Shown: in pieces, positions 60,548-64,000 of the stretch | Layout: each line of letters opens with the position of its first letter | How positions within the stretch are numbered: position 1 is the stretch's first letter | DNA from: Oikopleura dioica | Taxonomy: Eukaryota > Animalia > Chordata | DNA: 64,000 bases | Assembly: GCA_907165135.1 (NCBI GenBank) | Contig: OU015568.1 | Span: forward strand, 6,696,001 to 6,760,000 | Direction: 5' to 3' | Notes under the pieces: model-generated | Told to the model about the DNA's origin: nothing | The model's database searches: none | What the model saw: the letters and a program-made list of their open reading frames with translations, nothing else | Position numbers and translations under genes: made by a program

Positions 60548-62250
60548 TTATTCGGTTTGGCCAACCAAAGCGTCTAATTGTTCGTCCGTGATGCCGTCTT
60601 CTTTGGCAGCCTCTCGGAGCGTGATTCCTTCTTTATCCGCGTTCTTGGCGATGTGGACGGCCTTATCTTGTCCGAAGTGGAGGTGCAAAGCTGAAAAAGG
60701 GTTGAAAAATGGGTTACTTGGAAATGTTATCACCTGTTACCAGCATAAGAGACTCATTGAGAAGCGGATCGATCGAGTTATCAACGAAGGCATTGCACGC
60801 AGTGCCGATGAGCTTGGCAGATCGGAGAACGTTCGACGCTATGACTGGCTATTGATTGAGTGTTATGAAGGGGTTGATAATAGAATAAAATTTACCGTGG
60901 AGACGTTGAGCTCAAAGTTATCGCCAGCGTTGACAAACATATTATTGGCCATGACCTGCGTACAGACCATAGTGATAGCTTCAACCTGAGTTGGGTTAAC
61001 CTTCTCCTTTTCGGGAAGACCACAATGTGGTCCAGAAGCGAGGAGGCGTATACCATTGGCAATCTTCTGGATGACTCGGGCGACAACGTTGAGAGCGCGG
61101 GAAACCTCAAACATGGCCTCATGGTTGGGGAGAGCATCGAACTTGTTGGGAGCGGAGACAAATCGAAGACCGGTGTAGTTGAAAAGCTCCTCACAGCAAG
61201 CCTCTGCGAAACCAATTCCAGCGTTGAGACCGGTTCCAACAGCGGTGCCACCGATGGCAAGTTCGTATACTCTCGGAAGAGTGGCTTCAACACGGGCGAT
61301 TCCGTTATCGAGCTGTTGAACGTATCCAGACAATTCCTTTCCAAGAGTCAATGGAGTACGGTCCATCATATGATTTCCGCCAATTTCGACAATGTGCTCA
61401 AAAGGCTTCTGCTTCTCGTAGATGGCATGTCGGAAGTTCAAGAGGGCTGGGAGAAGATCGTTCTTGATTTCAAGAGCGGTGGCGACGTGCATGGCCGTAG
61501 GAAAGGTGGAGTTGGAGGTTTGAGACTTGTTGACGTGATCGTTGGGGTGGACGGGGAAATTGGTGCCGACTTCGCTGTCGAGGATGAGATTGGCGCGATT
61601 GGAAATCACCTCGTTGGTGTTTATGTTCGCCTGGGTGCCAGAGCCAGCCTGGAAGGTGCAAAGAGGAAAGTGACCCTCGTCGTAAAGCGTCCCATAAATG
61701 ACCTCCTCGGCGGCCAGTTTGATGGCGTCTGCGAGCTGGGCATCGAGTCCAAATTTCTGGTTAGCTTCGGCGCAGGCCTTCTTGAGATAACCAAAAGCCT
61801 AGTGAAGCGGTTACAAATGGAATAATTTAATTATCAATTACCTGAATTATCTGTCGGGGAATCTTATCGCCCTCGCCGCCAATGGGGAAATTTTTCAACG
61901 ATCGGGCAGTCTGGCAGCCATAGAGCTTGTCGTTTGGCACCTGCATCTCACCCATGGTGTCGGTCTCGGTTCGGAAGCCAGCCGCCTAGAATTTATTTTA
62001 AAATGGCCAATTTATCACGATGGCGATGAAACTGAAATTCAGTTTTATATTATATAAATCTTACCGCTTGCTCATATTCTTCCACTGGCTCCTGAACTAG
62101 CTCCTCAACTGGCTCGTGAACTGGATCCAGATCTGGTTCCATAAACGGTTCCAGAAATGGTTCCTGATCTTGTCCAACGTCTTGATCTTCTCCATCAGCA
62201 GGTCCCTCAGCGGGAATTTGCTCGTCGGCCGGAACTTGAGCTTCCAATTC
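60548..62250 (-). CDS. Class II fumarase-like protein, predicted catalytically inactive
   Basis: [57 protein letters not shown]. The frame is open over at least 5 exons but GSSIMPG is absent. Confidence 0.9.
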
Positions 62251-62333
62251 CTAAACGTTCGTAATTTTAACCATCTAAAAACCTAAGAACCTTTTCCCAC
62301 AATTGATTATTGACTATATTATTTTTTAATTGA

Positions 62334-64000
62334 CTACATGTTATTAATTTTATAACCGATTTCAAAAGACTCAAATTCGACCTGTTCCGACGTTTTTAAG
62401 CAGGAATGCTCGGCTGACAACAACGAGGAGAAGATCAAAAGTGAGGATACGATCGAGATTGATACAAATAATACGAACGAGAACAGCAATGGATCTGCTT
62501 CGTTGATGGAGATTTTCGGAAAAGCAGGATTTCCAAATGGCATTCCAGGATTACCAGGTTCGTAAAAAAGTCGATCTAACTTCTCACAGTTCAAGCGCTC
62601 AACGGGCAAATACAGAATCCAATTAAAGCCCTCTTCGCTGGACAAAATCAACAATCCCTTTTATGATAAAGTGGCGCTTAAAAACTCCGCAAAGAATGCC
62701 GAAAGCAATCGACACTTTTAAGAATCTTGGTGATCTAGTAGAAAATGTATCCCTTTACTTTTCCGACGATGACTTGCGAAAGATGGTTCTCCTCGATCCT
62801 GATCTCAGATCTTTATTCAAATCGATTATTTACGTTTGTTTAGACATCCTCCTAGAAAATGCTGAGCATATAAAGGCCACTGCCCGAATCTTCTACATGC
62901 ACGACTTTACACTAGTAGAATCTAAAGGAACGAGGCTGACGATTCTTTTCCCTTTGTTACAGGGTTTCCAGGCAATTTCCTAAGTCCGCAAAAGCCATCT
63001 CAACTCAGAATCCTAGTTGTTTGACGTCAAAGCTTTTTTCGATTGATGCAACTTCGAACCGATACACGGATCTAGATAAACAACTTTTCTTTCTGCTCCA
63101 CGAGGCGGGCTTCACCACCAAGCAGATCAGATACAACCCGCTTTTACTAACAACTGAGAAGGCCGTGAATCACGGCCCGTGATAACTGAAAGACTTCTCT
63201 TTTTGCGAGAAACGAATAGGATAAATTTTGACATCAACGCCGAAGGAAGTCCAGAGCATGTGCCTATTGATGCACTTTGTCAAGTGTTCAAAACTTAGCC
63301 TATTAGCGATTCTCTGCGTCCAATATTGACACGGAACGATGGCAGCCCTCAAGAGATCATGAAAAGATCTTTTCTGTAGAAAAAATTGTCGCCAGCGACA
63401 ATTGAATAAGCTCAGGCAGCGAAGAGCAGCACTGAGAAGCGAATAAAGACGACAAAAGGAAAAGTCGACAAAATGGAGCTGCAAACAAAGCTAGGCAAAA
63501 TTTAGTCACTTAGAAGATATTTTTTAACCGTAGAATTACAACTTTATCATAATTATCATAAACATAAAGATAATCTCTGTTACTTAGATGGGGAGGTGCA
63601 TTTGGAAGTCGCCAATGTCAATAAGATCCGGGATCTTAGATCCCCTTTGCCAAGAGCCAACGCTTAGCAAAGCCGGTATCTTACGGTAAATGGGACGAGA
63701 CGATAGATGGGACTGGAAACACTCCAATGTGCCCTCAGTATGACGGATTCATCGACAAAGTTGATCAGATGGAAGGACAGACTTATTAATCGCCCAATGT
63801 TCGACAAATTGGAAGGTTTTTTAAGTCATAACCGACAATAAATATGGCTAAGATTTTATAAAAAAAAATGTGATAAAAACACAGAAAAGGTGGCTAAAAC
63901 GGAAACCAATGACGAAGTATTACATCTCAGTGTATATACTCCTTCAAACTTTCAATCATCTACAATGGTCTTCAATTGTTGACTTTGAACGTCTTTGATT
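62334..64000 (-). CDS. Fragments of an unidentified gene with a hydrophobic TM-like segment
   Basis: Open stretches at 62334-62654 (LLFSFVLFVSISIVSSLLIFSSLL), 63170-63484 and ~63600-63790 with GTAAG donors. Exon structure unresolved. Confidence 0.3.

Noticed and set aside
61025-61825. 266-aa plus-strand ORF
   Set aside because: Antisense shadow of the codon-biased fumarase-like CDS.
1-64000. tRNA, rRNA, snRNA or SL RNA genes
   Set aside because: No cloverleaf with T-loop/D-loop consensus or conserved rRNA/SL sequence was found by eye; a tRNAscan-SE or Infernal run would be needed to exclude them.

Overview
This is eukaryotic, gene-dense DNA with very short introns (about 40-50 nt), several GA-AG and GC-AG introns, and tightly spaced co-oriented genes. 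Those traits point to the larvacean tunicate Oikopleura (most likely O. dioica; inferred, not proven). About 28 protein-coding genes or gene parts can be assembled by hand. They include an astacin, a Tubby-like protein, chitin synthase, a divergent cadherin, two claudin-like genes, a large Rab, a cNMP-binding protein, an EGF-kelch protein, a ZP protein, two CIA30-domain paralogues, the last exon of CCDC25 and a fumarase-like gene. At least six MITE families are present. Main highlights: (1) an intact hAT transposon that carries a second, unknown gene sits inside a 428-bp MITE, which itself sits in a coding exon of chitin synthase; both insertions have perfect 8-bp target-site duplications, and a GG-AG splice could restore the reading frame; (2) the fumarase paralogue has an open frame but lacks the catalytic SS-loop and has an acidic N-terminal exon instead of a mitochondrial leader; (3) two complete antisense genes are nested in introns of the EGF-kelch gene; (4) only the last exon of CCDC25 is present. 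No rRNA, tRNA or CRISPR array was seen. Exon boundaries were assembled by eye and family calls come from remembered motifs, not database searches.
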